Program-made: the position numbers and the translations under genes | Notes under the pieces: generated by a model | What the model saw: the letters and a program-made list of their open reading frames with translations, nothing else | Database searches by the model: none | What the model was told of the DNA's origin: nothing | Source of the DNA: a bacterium | Lineage (GTDB): Bacteria > Patescibacteriota > Minisyncoccia > Phycocordibacterales > JAKAEA01 | Assembly: GCA_021818465.1 (NCBI GenBank) | Contig: JAKAEA010000001.1 | Span: 311,712 to 375,711 of the forward strand | Direction of reading: 5' to 3' | DNA length: 64,000 nucleotides | Shown here: positions 39,945 to 51,654 of the stretch, one piece after another | How the letters are laid out: every line of letters starts with the position of its first letter | How positions within the stretch are numbered: position 1 is the first letter of the stretch

Positions 39945-40286
39945 ATGTCCGGTGTAGAATTTTTTGAAGAATCATCGCAACAGATACGCACTCAGTCTAA
40001 TCAACAATTCGGCCAATCAAAGTTGCCGCTTTTTACCCGTCTTCTTCTAAAAACAGGTCTCGTTACAACACCTGAATCTGCCAATTACGTACTCATTGCT
40101 CTTGCGCTCGTTTTTTTCATCGCTGCCGCTCTCGTATTTTATATAGATGTTTTCCATGGTAGTTTGATACCAGCACCGCCACCACCATCCCACATACTTC
40201 TTGGTGGACAAAAAGGAATTCGTGGCCGCCCAACAATGCCAGTTTCTACTACTGTCTCTACTACAACCAATGCACTTCTCTATTAA
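39945..40286 (+). CDS. Small hypothetical membrane protein (~113 aa)
   Basis: In-frame ATG after miaA with one TM helix (YVLIALALVFFIAAALVFYI) and Pro-rich tail; upstream TATAGT -10-like box. Confidence 0.35.
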   Translation: MSGVEFFEESSQQIRTQSNQQFGQSKLPLFTRLLLKTGLVTTPESANYVLIALALVFFIAAALVFYIDVFHGSLIPAPPPPSHILLGGQKGIRGRPTMPVSTTVSTTTNALLY

Positions 40287-40965
40287 ACAACACATACGCA
40301 AGACCGGTTTTACTCTCATAGAATTACTCGTAGTCATTTCTATTATTGCACTGCTTGCCGCAATTGTTCTCGCCGCACTTTCAAATGCAAAACAAAAAGC
40401 GATGGATATCGCAAAAATTCAGGAAGTTCAGCAAGTGATAAACGCTCTTCAGGAATATTATAATGATCACGGATATTACGTTGCCGATTCAACTCAAGGG
40501 ATAGTCAGTAATGGTTATGCAACCCATGATTGGTGTGTTGAAGAAAATTCAGATACTCCACCAACGTGTGTTCAGGGAGGAATGAACGCATCTTGGGGAG
40601 AAGCAGATTCTATACTTGCTAGTGATTTGCAACCGTACATCAAAGTTCCACTAACTACTCGTGATGGTTTGAGCGGAAGTAATCAAGGTTTTGGAGGTAC
40701 TGGAAATTGGGGGGGTATTGGTTATATGTGTCTTTCGGGAACGGAGACAGCAAACTCAGCAGAATGTACGGTGTATGATTTAGAATGGGCGGAAAGCGGT
40801 TCCAATGCTTCTTGTGGTCCTGGGCAAAATGTTAATACGGAAGCCAATGCTACCCCGTATAATCCAGGTAATCAAGATACGTATTGCCTATATTTAAGCG
40901 ATAATTCTTATTTTTCAAGCAACTCATCCAGTGGCTATAAAATATGGCTCACGGTTTGGATGTGA
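40270..40965 (+). CDS. Type IV pilin / pseudopilin-like protein (prepilin N-terminal methylation domain)
   Basis: KTGFTLIELLVVISIIALLAAIVLAAL class III signal peptide and hydrophobic helix; Cys-containing C-terminal globular region. Confidence 0.75.
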   Translation: MHFSIKQHIRKTGFTLIELLVVISIIALLAAIVLAALSNAKQKAMDIAKIQEVQQVINALQEYYNDHGYYVADSTQGIVSNGYATHDWCVEENSDTPPTCVQGGMNASWGEADSILASDLQPYIKVPLTTRDGLSGSNQGFGGTGNWGGIGYMCLSGTETANSAECTVYDLEWAESGSNASCGPGQNVNTEANATPYNPGNQDTYCLYLSDNSYFSSNSSSGYKIWLTVWM

Positions 40966-41082
40966 GAATGGCGCGCTCTGTATTTTACAATACTTGCATT
41001 TTATTTATTTATATGCTATTATAAGCACAGTGTTTTTTTGCGTTTCTGTACCTTGACTTGAATTTTTAGAAAGGAGTCCAAG

Positions 41083-42084
41083 ATGAACATGAATCGCAGT
41101 ATCGTGCCCATGCTCGTAGTCCTCGTTGGACTATGGGGATATGGTAAGGCGTATGGGGATGTGTCAATGAATTTCAATACTTTGACCATATCACCGTACA
41201 TCAACTTCAGTAATCTCTACTCCGGTTCGCCGGCGGATGAGAGTGCTAATCTGGCCACGTATCAAACCGATACGCCGGGCGCTTGGTATGGTGGGAACTA
41301 TGTTCCCGATCAGTTCCACCTAGCAACATTAGGTGGAAAGAGCGTACTGCAATTGGGCATTAATTTTGCTCAGTATCAGTACAATTTCAGCACCAGCGAA
41401 GCAATGAGTTTTGCGCCACCTAATCAAGATCTGCAGGGTATGCGCTATGACACGAACCTGTCGGGCACCAAGCAGACACTGTCGCTTGGTGCCTACATTG
41501 ATCCCAGTTGGATTAGTGCACCCACTAACCCGCCTGATCCGCCATTGCCTATTGTTAATTTTGGGATGGAGGGCATTGGGGTAGATGCACATGGTAATGT
41601 TGTCTCGCGGCCAGTCATTGCGTATTTGTACAATGACTTGATAGCCAAAGATGCTGGTCTGGATACCATTTTTGGCTATAGTGTCCCTGGGTTCTATGCA
41701 TATGACTATGCTGGAATTAGTGTTCCTTCCAGTAACCTTACTGGTCCACAGTGGTATCTTCTTGCTCCAGCGAGTTCTTCTGGCTTTAACACTGTGGGTT
41801 TTACTCTCACGGTGGGTAAAGGTATCCAGTACTATCTGAACGGCTCGCCGGTGGGTGGTTTGTACCCCGACACGGCAGCGACGTCGTTGCAGAGCGTTAT
41901 GTTATACGCTCGTAACCCTTTTTATTCAACGTCGTATCCGGATCAGATCTACTCGTTCGACAACTTTGCGGCGACGAGCAGTTCCGCAGTGCCGGAACCT
42001 CCAACGGCGGCAATCGTGTTCGCTGGAGGACTCGGTCTCTTGGCAGTAGCAACACTTCGCCGTCGCCGGTGGGTGGCTGCGTAA
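41083..42084 (+). CDS. Secreted protein with C-terminal PEP-CTERM sorting signal
   Basis: Signal peptide MNMNRSIVPMLVVLVGLWGYGKAYG; C-terminus VPEPPTAAIVFAGGLGLLAVATLRRRRW (PEP motif + TM + Arg cluster); elevated GC. Confidence 0.65.
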   Translation: MNMNRSIVPMLVVLVGLWGYGKAYGDVSMNFNTLTISPYINFSNLYSGSPADESANLATYQTDTPGAWYGGNYVPDQFHLATLGGKSVLQLGINFAQYQYNFSTSEAMSFAPPNQDLQGMRYDTNLSGTKQTLSLGAYIDPSWISAPTNPPDPPLPIVNFGMEGIGVDAHGNVVSRPVIAYLYNDLIAKDAGLDTIFGYSVPGFYAYDYAGISVPSSNLTGPQWYLLAPASSSGFNTVGFTLTVGKGIQYYLNGSPVGGLYPDTAATSLQSVMLYARNPFYSTSYPDQIYSFDNFAATSSSAVPEPPTAAIVFAGGLGLLAVATLRRRRWVAA

Positions 42085-42205
42085 ATGCAACTCTCGCTCT
42101 GCGAGGGCAAAGATGGTTCATGAGAGCAGGGTTGTGCCCGAGAATCATATTTGATTCTCGGGCTTTTTTATTGTCTGATTTTTTAAAATTCTTGGCTTTT
42201 ACGTG

Positions 42206-42287
42206 TGCCGGGAGGGAGAATCGAACTCCCATGGATTGCTCCGCACGATTTTGAGTCGTGTGCGTCTACCAATTCCGCCATCCCGGC
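42206..42287 (-). tRNA. tRNA-Leu (anticodon CAA)
   Basis: Reverse complement: acceptor GCCGGGA/TCCCGGC, anticodon stem CACGA/TCGTG loop CTCAAAA, long variable arm, T-loop GAGTTCGATTCTC. Confidence 0.85.
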
Positions 42288-42373
42288 AAATGTTTGTGTA
42301 CGAGAACTGCATCAAGCATACCCGATTTTTGAGGAAAATCAATTTATGATAAACTATAGGTAAGATAATTTTT

Positions 42374-43363
42374 TTGCTTATGTCTCATTTCCACCAAGAT
42401 TCCATTTTTTGGATTGATGTTGATAAAATTAAACCCAATCCGTTTCAGCCACGTCGCGAGTTTGATCAAGCCGCTTTGCAGGCGTTGGCGGATTCTATTC
42501 GCCAATACGGTGTGTTGCAAGCCTTGGTGGTGACGCGTACGGAGGTGACAAAACCAGACGGGGGATTGACCACCGAATATGAATTGATTGCTGGCGAGCG
42601 ACGCTTGCGCGCATCGCGTTTGGCGGGCGTGCGCGAGGTACCGTGTCTCATTAAAGTTGGCGAGGAGAATGATTTACTGAAATTAGAGTTGGCGATTATT
42701 GAAAACGTGCAGCGTGAGGATCTCAACGCTGTTGATCGAGCGCGAGCGTTTCGCCGCTTGGCTGATGAATTTGGTTTCAAACAAATGCACATTGCCGAGA
42801 AAATCGGCAAGAGTCGCGAGTACGTGGCCAACACGTTGCGTATTCTCGATTTACCGGAAGAAATGCTTACGGCTGTGTCGTCGGGCATTATCAGCGAAGG
42901 TCATACGCGGCCACTTCTCATGCTCGCTAGTCGTCCTGCCGAGCAAGAAACCCTCTTTAAAGAAATTATTGCCAAGAAACTCACGGTGCGTGACGCCGAG
43001 CGCATTGCTCGCCACATCGCCGTGGAACGAGCTCATAAAAAGAATGCTATTTTCGATCAAGACATGTTAGACATTGAGAAGCAGTTGGCTGACACTCTTG
43101 GTACTCGTGTGCATATTGAAAAGCGCGAAAGTGGCGGCAAAATCACCATCGATTTCTTTTCTAAAGATGATTTGCAGAATTTGTTGGAGATGGTAAACCG
43201 ACAGAGTACGCAAACGAGCTCTGCTGATCATCGTGCCGTTGCTGCGGATGCCGTTGCTACGGCGCAGACTGAACCAGTAAAACCTGAAGATGATCGCACG
43301 CCTGCCGAGGTGAAGCAAGAAGAGAACGAAGAAATTTACTCCATCAAAAATTTTAGCGTGTAG
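42374..43363 (+). CDS. parB: ParB/Spo0J family partition protein
   Basis: ParB box IAGERRLRASRLAGVREVPCLI, HTH, C-terminal dimerisation region; no adjacent parA in window. Confidence 0.8.
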   Translation: MLMSHFHQDSIFWIDVDKIKPNPFQPRREFDQAALQALADSIRQYGVLQALVVTRTEVTKPDGGLTTEYELIAGERRLRASRLAGVREVPCLIKVGEENDLLKLELAIIENVQREDLNAVDRARAFRRLADEFGFKQMHIAEKIGKSREYVANTLRILDLPEEMLTAVSSGIISEGHTRPLLMLASRPAEQETLFKEIIAKKLTVRDAERIARHIAVERAHKKNAIFDQDMLDIEKQLADTLGTRVHIEKRESGGKITIDFFSKDDLQNLLEMVNRQSTQTSSADHRAVAADAVATAQTEPVKPEDDRTPAEVKQEENEEIYSIKNFSV

Positions 43364-43371
43364 TGCGAAAA

Positions 43372-45621
43372 TTATTTTTTCTTGCGAGCGAAGCCGCGCG
43401 GTTTTTTCGGTTCGCGGAGAATTTGCAAGGCGCGTTCGAGGCCGATAGTGTAGACATCGTCGGTTTTGAGCGAACGAAAGTCGCCGTCACGCACGATGTA
43501 CGGGCCGAAGCGGCCGTTGGAAGCGACCACCTCTTTGCCGGTATCAGGATCAAGGCCGAGCGAGCGTGGCAAGCTTAAATACGTGAGCGCGTCGTCTACC
43601 GTGACCGCGCTCGGATCTTTTGTTTTCGGGATACTGGCCATTTTGGGTTTTTCGGTTTTTTTGCCTTTGACTTTTGCGGGCATTTCGCCGAGTTGGACAT
43701 AGGGACCGAAGCGGCCGATTTTAACGAAAATGGGCAGACCCCTCGCCGGGTCGTTGCCGATGGGTTTGTCGGTGGCGATTTCTTTTCCTTCCAAGGTAAG
43801 CGCGCCGGTGCAATCAGGGAAACGGCTACAGCTCAAGAATTTACCGTTTTTGCCGAGCTTCACGATCATTGACGCACCGCAGACGGGGCACTTGAACTGC
43901 GGATCAGCCGGGCCGAGGTCGGTAATTTTTTTAGAACTTTTTGATTTTTCCTTTATCTCTTTTGTGAAGGGTTTATAAAATGCGGAGAGCACTGGTGCGT
44001 ATTCCTTATCGCCGTTGGCGATTTCATCCAGTTCGTTTTCCATTTCCGCGGTGAAGGCGTCGCTTACGTAGTGGCTGAAATTATTTTCCAAAAAGGTGCT
44101 GACCACGTCGCCGGTGTCGGTCGGTTTTAGGGCGCGATCAATTTTTTCCACGTAGCCGCGGTCTAGGAGCGTTTTAATAATAGACGCGTAGGTGCTCGGT
44201 CGGCCGATACCGCGTGCCTCCAGCTCTTTGACCAAGCCGGCTTCGGAGTAGCGCGCCGGCGGTTGGGTTTGCTTTTCGTCGGTGTGTAGAGCGACCAAGG
44301 AAAGAGCGTCGCCACTCGCGACCGCGGGCAAGATGACGTCATCTTGCTGGGCGCCTGGGTCGACGCGCAGCCAGCCGTCAAAGAGAATGCGCGAACCGTT
44401 TGCGGTGAAATCGGGGATTTTTGTCGTGCCGGAAATGTTGGCCGTTACTTTGGTGCGTAGCGTTTTTGCATCAGCCATCTGCGAGGCCACGGTGCGCTGC
44501 CAGATGAGCTGGTAGAGGCGCTTTTGTTCGTCGGTGTAGCCGGCGCTTTGGCGAGTGACGTTGGTCGGGCGAATAGCTTCGTGCGCCTCTTGAGCATTTT
44601 TGCTTTTCGTCTGATACTGACGCGTCTCCAAATAGTGTTCACTGAACTCGGTGCGTACCAGCGTGGCAATTTGGCCAATCGCTTGGCCGCTTAAGGTGGT
44701 GCTGTCGGTGCGCATGTAGGTGATAAGGCCGGCTTCGTAGAGCTTTTGGGCAACGAGCATGGTGCGCGAGGGTGAGAAACCTAAACGAGAGCTGGCAGTC
44801 TGCTGCAGCGTGGAGGTGGTAAACGGCGCTCGCGGTGCGCGCTTCACCTCGGTTTCTTTGACATCAGTAATGTGCCACGTGCCCTTTTCGCCGGCCGCCA
44901 CGATTCGTTCCATCTCTTTTTTGTCGCGCGGCTCGTCGCTGCAGGTGAAGGTAAGAGTTTTTTTGTCGGCGGTCGCGAGGTCGGCGCTGATGACCCAAAA
45001 TGTTTCCGGCACAAACGCCCGAATTTCGCGCTCGCGTTCCATCAAAATACGCAAGGCTGGCGATTGAACGCGGCCAGCCGAGAGGCCGTAGCGCACCTTT
45101 TTCCAAATCAAACCGGACAAGTCGTAGCCAACCAAGCGATCCAAAACGCGGCGGGCCTCCTGCGCTTCCTTGAGGCGCATATCTATTTTTCTCGGATGAG
45201 CCAGCGCCTCGGTCACGGCGTCTTTGGTAATTTCGTGAAAGACGACGCGCTCAGGACTTTTCAAATGAGCCGCTTGGGCAACGTGCCAAGCGATCGCTTC
45301 ACCTTCGCGGTCGGGGTCGGTGGCCAGCAATACTTCGTCGGCTTTTTCGGCTAAGTGCTCAATCTGGTGCACCACTTTTTCTTTCCCTTTGGAAATTTCG
45401 TAGTGCGGCGCAAAATCGTGATCAAAGTCGATAGCTTTTTTATTGCTCTTCGGCAAATCACGAATATGACCAACCGAAGCGACTACTTCATAGTCGCCGG
45501 CACCCGCCAGGTATTTCGAGATCGTTTTCGCCTTACTGGGCGACTCAACAATGACAAGCTTCATACAACGTCTACCATTAATACTACGCATCGCTTTTTT
45601 TGGCAAATCCGCCAGCGGCAA
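43372..45621 (-). CDS. topA: DNA topoisomerase I
   Basis: TOPRIM N-terminus (MKLVIVESPSKAKTI), active-site Tyr region, C-terminal C4 zinc ribbons (CPVCGASM..C..C). Confidence 0.9.
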   Translation of the reverse strand: MPLADLPKKAMRSINGRRCMKLVIVESPSKAKTISKYLAGAGDYEVVASVGHIRDLPKSNKKAIDFDHDFAPHYEISKGKEKVVHQIEHLAEKADEVLLATDPDREGEAIAWHVAQAAHLKSPERVVFHEITKDAVTEALAHPRKIDMRLKEAQEARRVLDRLVGYDLSGLIWKKVRYGLSAGRVQSPALRILMEREREIRAFVPETFWVISADLATADKKTLTFTCSDEPRDKKEMERIVAAGEKGTWHITDVKETEVKRAPRAPFTTSTLQQTASSRLGFSPSRTMLVAQKLYEAGLITYMRTDSTTLSGQAIGQIATLVRTEFSEHYLETRQYQTKSKNAQEAHEAIRPTNVTRQSAGYTDEQKRLYQLIWQRTVASQMADAKTLRTKVTANISGTTKIPDFTANGSRILFDGWLRVDPGAQQDDVILPAVASGDALSLVALHTDEKQTQPPARYSEAGLVKELEARGIGRPSTYASIIKTLLDRGYVEKIDRALKPTDTGDVVSTFLENNFSHYVSDAFTAEMENELDEIANGDKEYAPVLSAFYKPFTKEIKEKSKSSKKITDLGPADPQFKCPVCGASMIVKLGKNGKFLSCSRFPDCTGALTLEGKEIATDKPIGNDPARGLPIFVKIGRFGPYVQLGEMPAKVKGKKTEKPKMASIPKTKDPSAVTVDDALTYLSLPRSLGLDPDTGKEVVASNGRFGPYIVRDGDFRSLKTDDVYTIGLERALQILREPKKPRGFARKKK

Positions 45622-45666
45622 AATAGGGGATAGTGCTGTATTTTTTCTTAGGATGTATACGTGTGG

Positions 45667-46728
45667 TTAAAGGTGCAGGTGATCCAAAACATGATTGTTG
45701 TTATTGTGGTTGTTATCGTGACCGGTATTCTTGGCGGGATGCGCCCAGGCGTTGACGGAGTCACTGCTTTGCTGAACGGAATTGATTAAATTGCCAATCG
45801 GGTCGTTGCCGTTTCCTTGATTGTTTTTGGAATTATTCTCTTTTGTGTTTGGTTGAGTGTGATCAAATTGTTGCGGATACAACAATGGATGCGCGGGTAT
45901 CTCGGGAGAGGTCGTGGCGAATGTGTGCACCGAGGCGTGCGCTGGTGCATGAAGTGATGTCTCAGATGACGACGAGGTTATCTTGGGCGTATTGGTCGCG
46001 GTGCTCGTTGCGATGGCGGGAGTATTAGTATTGACGCGCGTTGCGATGTTGTGCAGGGCGGCTTGGAGGCCGTAGGCGTGGCCGTGACTGCGAGCAATGG
46101 CGTCGAGTTGATTTAAAATTTCGGTATGCGCCTGCATATTTGCTTGGAATTGTTCGCTGATACGTTGGGCTTCGGCCGGGTCGGTTTTGGCAATAGACGC
46201 TAAGGCGCTATTGAGCGCTTCGGTGTGTTGCAAGAGGAGACTGGAGAGCTGCTGCTCGTTTGCGCTATTGAGTTGGCCGCTTTTTGCCAGAGCTTCGCCC
46301 TCTTGCAAACGTTGATTAGCAAAATTTGCCGCCAGGGCCGCTTTGGCGGTCACTGAAAACGCGAGCGCCTCTTGAATTGGTTCCGTGACGTCAACTTTTA
46401 TCGGGTAGAGGGCATCGCCCGGCAAACTGCCTTGGGCGGCGAATGCGACGCCGGTGCCGGAGAAGATGATGATAAGCACGGCCGCCCAAACGTACGCGAA
46501 ACGCTGGCGCGGTAGCCAGGTGAGCGTCGTTCGCGTTCGTTGCCAGAGCGTTTCGTACCAGAAATATGAGCGCGTGCTCTCGGTCGCCGTTCGTTCTTCG
46601 AGGCGAGAAAAGAGCGCCTGCTTTTCTTTGTCGGTCAGGCCGATTTTTTGCAGATCGCGTGCACCGCGACGAAGCGTTTCGTCGAGTTTAGGATCGTTGG
46701 TATGCGGTTGAAAATGGTGGCGGTTCAT
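45667..46728 (-). CDS. Anti-sigma factor-like membrane protein (DUF5667-like periplasmic domain)
   Basis: Directly downstream of and 4-nt overlapping ECF sigma gene; cytoplasmic N-domain, single TM (VWAAVLIIIFSGTGVAFA), helical extracytoplasmic domain, His/Asn-rich tail. Confidence 0.6.
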   Translation of the reverse strand: MNRHHFQPHTNDPKLDETLRRGARDLQKIGLTDKEKQALFSRLEERTATESTRSYFWYETLWQRTRTTLTWLPRQRFAYVWAAVLIIIFSGTGVAFAAQGSLPGDALYPIKVDVTEPIQEALAFSVTAKAALAANFANQRLQEGEALAKSGQLNSANEQQLSSLLLQHTEALNSALASIAKTDPAEAQRISEQFQANMQAHTEILNQLDAIARSHGHAYGLQAALHNIATRVNTNTPAIATSTATNTPKITSSSSETSLHAPAHASVHTFATTSPEIPAHPLLYPQQFDHTQPNTKENNSKNNQGNGNDPIGNLINSVQQSSDSVNAWAHPAKNTGHDNNHNNNNHVLDHLHL

Positions 46729-47309
46729 GGGTTTGTTTGATTGTCGTGTTCGCTGCGTTCGTCGTAGCCGGCGCGCGAGCGTAATTTCTTGAGCGCGCGG
46801 TTGACGCGGACGGATGTGGCGTTAGCCGATATGCCTAGTATCGCTCCGATATCTGCCGGCGGCAAACCTTCAACGAAGCGCAAGTAGAGCACCTGACGAT
46901 CGCCAGACTCGAGGGTGTTTATTTTTTCCAAGAGTAAGCGTCCCTCGGCGCCGACTGCCAGTCGCTCGGGCGAGGAAGCGAAGGATGTTTCGTCGGGCGG
47001 TTCAAAAGATTCGTCATCGGCTGCGGCGGCCATAGCCTCCAAAGAGACACTCTTGCGCGTACGATACCAATCGATGATGAGGTGGTGGGCGACGGTAAAC
47101 AGAAAAGCGCGCGGATTGTGCATCTGTTTTGCTTGCTGCGGATTTTGTTCCTGCTCCATAAAGGTTCGCCAGAGGCGCATGAAAGTCTCTTCGGTGATAT
47201 CTATAGCTTGTTCCCGATCGGATACTCGTACCAAGCAGAAGCGAAAAATAGCGTCGGCGTGCGCGGTGTAAATATCGGTAAAGCGTTTTTTGAGGCTTTC
47301 TATAGTCAT
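46725..47309 (-). CDS. ECF-type RNA polymerase sigma-70 factor
   Basis: Region 2 (FMRLWRTF..), region 4 HTH (LPPADIGAILGISANATSVRVNRALKKLR). Confidence 0.85.
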   Translation of the reverse strand: MTIESLKKRFTDIYTAHADAIFRFCLVRVSDREQAIDITEETFMRLWRTFMEQEQNPQQAKQMHNPRAFLFTVAHHLIIDWYRTRKSVSLEAMAAAADDESFEPPDETSFASSPERLAVGAEGRLLLEKINTLESGDRQVLYLRFVEGLPPADIGAILGISANATSVRVNRALKKLRSRAGYDERSEHDNQTNP

Positions 47310-47463
47310 ATAACGAATAAGGAGGCGATTCTTTACCTAAAAATAGAACACATTACTGAATATGTCCAGGTAAGGGCTCTTGGCGTGGCTCGTTATCTCT
47401 GGAGTGTCGACAGCAGACTAGTTCATTGCTGTTGCGCACCTATTACCAATAATCACTATCACT

Positions 47464-48456
47464 ATGACACGCACCACATTCGTTCGTATCTTCGTCGGCA
47501 CGTTGGCTACATCACTTTTTGCAGTGATGCCGTTTGCCGCTTTTGCCGCACCAGGAAACGGACACGGACATGCGTACGGTCTCGTGGGTAGGGAAACGGT
47601 ACACGCTTCTGATGCACATACTTCAAAAAATACTCCTCACATTCCGTCCAATACAAGTCTCTTGAGTTGGCTCGATGGTTTAGGAGTTTATACGAATACG
47701 CAATTCCATACTTTTTTGAAAGATATGCATGGTTTATCGTCGTACTTTAAACCACAGCCGTCGCAGCATCCACCTATTACTACCGACGGGGATCACAATG
47801 ATGATTCCAACAATGGTTCTACCACTGTTGCCGCCGAAGCGCCGGTCATTAATGGCATCAGTGCGCCGACCGTCCTCTCCGTCAATCAGACGGGCACCTG
47901 GACCGTCAACGCGTCCGATCCGCAAAACAGCCAGCTGACCTACTCGGTTAACTGGGGCGACAATGGGCCGCTACCGTTCTTCTTTAACTTCATGAATACG
48001 CCGGTCTTCACGCAGTCCGCGAGCTTCAGCCACGCCTACGCCAACCCGGGCACCTACACCGTAACCTTCACGGTTCGCGATAGCGCTGGCTTGAGCACGA
48101 GCTCGTCGCTCACTATCCAGGTGACCGCCCTGCCGACGCCGCTAGTGCTCAGTAATGTCACTGCCACGTCAACAGGTTCCACCACGGCAACCATCTCTTG
48201 GAATTCCAATCTCCAAGGTGATACCGAGCTGTGGCTTGGCACCACCACGCCGGTTACCACTTCAAGCACCCCGCTCATTGATGTACACAACGCGGTAACA
48301 GCTCACAGCGTCACCTTAAGCGGTCTAACTGCAAGCACCACCTACTACGCTGTCGTCGGCACTCAAACCACCGCCAACGGCATTACCACGATGGCGACAT
48401 CTTCGCCGGTACAATTTATCACCGCGTCCTCAACCGCCACGTCGACATCGAGCTAA
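47464..48456 (+). CDS. Secreted PKD-domain + fibronectin type III domain protein
   Basis: Signal peptide; PKD signature (YSVNWGDNGP...HAYANPGTYTVTFTVRDSAG); FN3-like (LSNVTATSTGSTTATISW...TTYYAVV). Confidence 0.65.
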   Translation: MTRTTFVRIFVGTLATSLFAVMPFAAFAAPGNGHGHAYGLVGRETVHASDAHTSKNTPHIPSNTSLLSWLDGLGVYTNTQFHTFLKDMHGLSSYFKPQPSQHPPITTDGDHNDDSNNGSTTVAAEAPVINGISAPTVLSVNQTGTWTVNASDPQNSQLTYSVNWGDNGPLPFFFNFMNTPVFTQSASFSHAYANPGTYTVTFTVRDSAGLSTSSSLTIQVTALPTPLVLSNVTATSTGSTTATISWNSNLQGDTELWLGTTTPVTTSSTPLIDVHNAVTAHSVTLSGLTASTTYYAVVGTQTTANGITTMATSSPVQFITASSTATSTSS

Positions 48457-48508
48457 GGCTCGTCATACGCCTGACAAGGCGTTGAGGAAAAAGCATTGTG
48501 CTGTACAA

Positions 48509-48530
48509 AAGCCCTCCGACGGGGCTTTTG
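48509..48530 (+). terminator. Rho-independent terminator
   Basis: AAGCCC-tccgac-GGGGCTT hairpin + TTTGTG. Confidence 0.55.
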
Positions 48531-48706
48531 TGTTAGGTCGACTCCATTTTTTCTTGAGGAAAATTTTACGAGAATTTTATCACCGGCCTGCTATGCTCAG
48601 CCGATGAAGATTGACAGTCGTAGCTCTTTATTTGCCAACAGTAGAAAAATCTATTACAACACGCAATCTTGATTAGCACGTGGCAGATTGGAAGTAGAAT
48701 ATTTCG

Positions 48707-49336
48707 ATGGCTTACATTTTTTTGGATGAGAGTGGCGATTTGGGTTTTGGCAAAAAATCGTCAAAATGGTTTCTTTTTACGCTGGTAGTCGTCGATAATC
48801 CCCGAAAATTAGAGCGTCTTATTAAAAAGGTAAGAAAGACGATCAGAAAAAAATACAAGCATGTCCTATCGGAACTTCATGCTTATCACGCCGACGATGT
48901 CACTCGCATCCGTGTACTAAAGGCTATAGCTAAGCTTGATATTGCCGTTGTTACCACAATCCTCAATAAGCAAAAAGTCTATGTTGACCTGCAAAACCAG
49001 AAAAACTATCTTTACAACTACACCGCGAACATAATCCTTGATCGTTTAATGAATGCAACGTTGGTAGATGGCGCAAAGGAAATGTATCTTGTCGTTGATA
49101 GGAAAGATACCAAAAAGAATCTTCGCCAGAATTTTATCTCGTATATTTCAGAAGCCATGAACAAACGTAAAAGAGGCGGATTCAAAATGACTCTTGCCGC
49201 GTCTCACGACGAGAAAGGCCTGCAAGCGGTGGACTTCATTTCTTGGGCCATTTTTAGAAAATATGAGAAAGGAGACTGTGAGTTTTATGAGATTATTAAG
49301 TCCAAGATCGTGGACGAACGCTTGCTTTTCCCATAA
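48707..49336 (+). CDS. DUF3800 domain protein
   Basis: N-terminal IFLDESGD motif and overall DUF3800 pattern; sits at edge of RM/defence island. Confidence 0.6.
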   Translation: MAYIFLDESGDLGFGKKSSKWFLFTLVVVDNPRKLERLIKKVRKTIRKKYKHVLSELHAYHADDVTRIRVLKAIAKLDIAVVTTILNKQKVYVDLQNQKNYLYNYTANIILDRLMNATLVDGAKEMYLVVDRKDTKKNLRQNFISYISEAMNKRKRGGFKMTLAASHDEKGLQAVDFISWAIFRKYEKGDCEFYEIIKSKIVDERLLFP

Positions 49337-49342
49337 AAGAAA

Positions 49343-49390
49343 GCCCCCCGCTTTAACGGGACGCCATTCGGTATCCCAACGCGGGGGGAC
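49343..49390. terminator. Long GC hairpin (bidirectional terminator candidate)
   Basis: AGCCCCCCGC ... GCGGGGGGAC 9-10 bp GC stem with structured 28-nt loop between convergent genes. Confidence 0.4.
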
Positions 49391-49474
49391 TTACTTCTTA
49401 TAGATATAGACTAGCACGATAGGCTAATAATTACAAGCTTATCCACATCCAAAATTTGTTGCGAAGTAAAGGCT

Positions 49475-49972
49475 TTAACAGTCCAATTTTTCAATATCTT
49501 TCAAAATCTCGGCGGCGTGCGTCGCTGGGTCCACGTCTGGGTACACGGCAATGATTTTTCCAACGTCAGTACCACTCGCGGCAATTAGGTACGACACCCG
49601 GGCTGTCCCGCCGGCAAATGGTCCCGACTCGCGAATGGCCTCGTAGGCGCCAATAGTTTCTTTTCGCTCGTCGGAGAGCAAGGTAAAGGGCAAATGGTAC
49701 TTCTCGGCGAATTTTTTATGACTAGCCACCGAATCCTTAGACACGCCGAAGACCTTGATATCCGCCCGCTGGAAATCCTCATACCGCTCGGCAATCGTAC
49801 ACGCTTCCGTAGTGCACCCCGGCGTGTCATCCTTGGGATAGAAGTAGAGGAGGATAAATCGCGTCGGCGGAGTAGTCTGACTGGCGTTTTTTAAATGGTA
49901 CGCCAGCGTATGTTCCCGTCCATCTTGGTCGGGGAGGGAGAATTCTGGGGCTTGGGTGGTGATGTTGAGCAT
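49475..49972 (-). CDS. bcp: Peroxiredoxin (Bcp/thiol peroxidase, AhpC-TSA family)
   Basis: FYPKDDTPGCTTEA peroxidatic Cys motif; probable start MLNITTQAPEF (ORF 49475..50071). Confidence 0.8.
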   Translation of the reverse strand: MLNITTQAPEFSLPDQDGREHTLAYHLKNASQTTPPTRFILLYFYPKDDTPGCTTEACTIAERYEDFQRADIKVFGVSKDSVASHKKFAEKYHLPFTLLSDERKETIGAYEAIRESGPFAGGTARVSYLIAASGTDVGKIIAVYPDVDPATHAAEILKDIEKLDC

Positions 49973-50046
49973 ATCCTTATTATGACATATATGGAGATAA
50001 AATGTTTCTAAAATTTTTCTAAAGAAAAGTTGAAGAAAAGGTAAAA

Positions 50047-51650
<1,604 letters not shown>

Positions 51651-51654
<4 letters not shown>

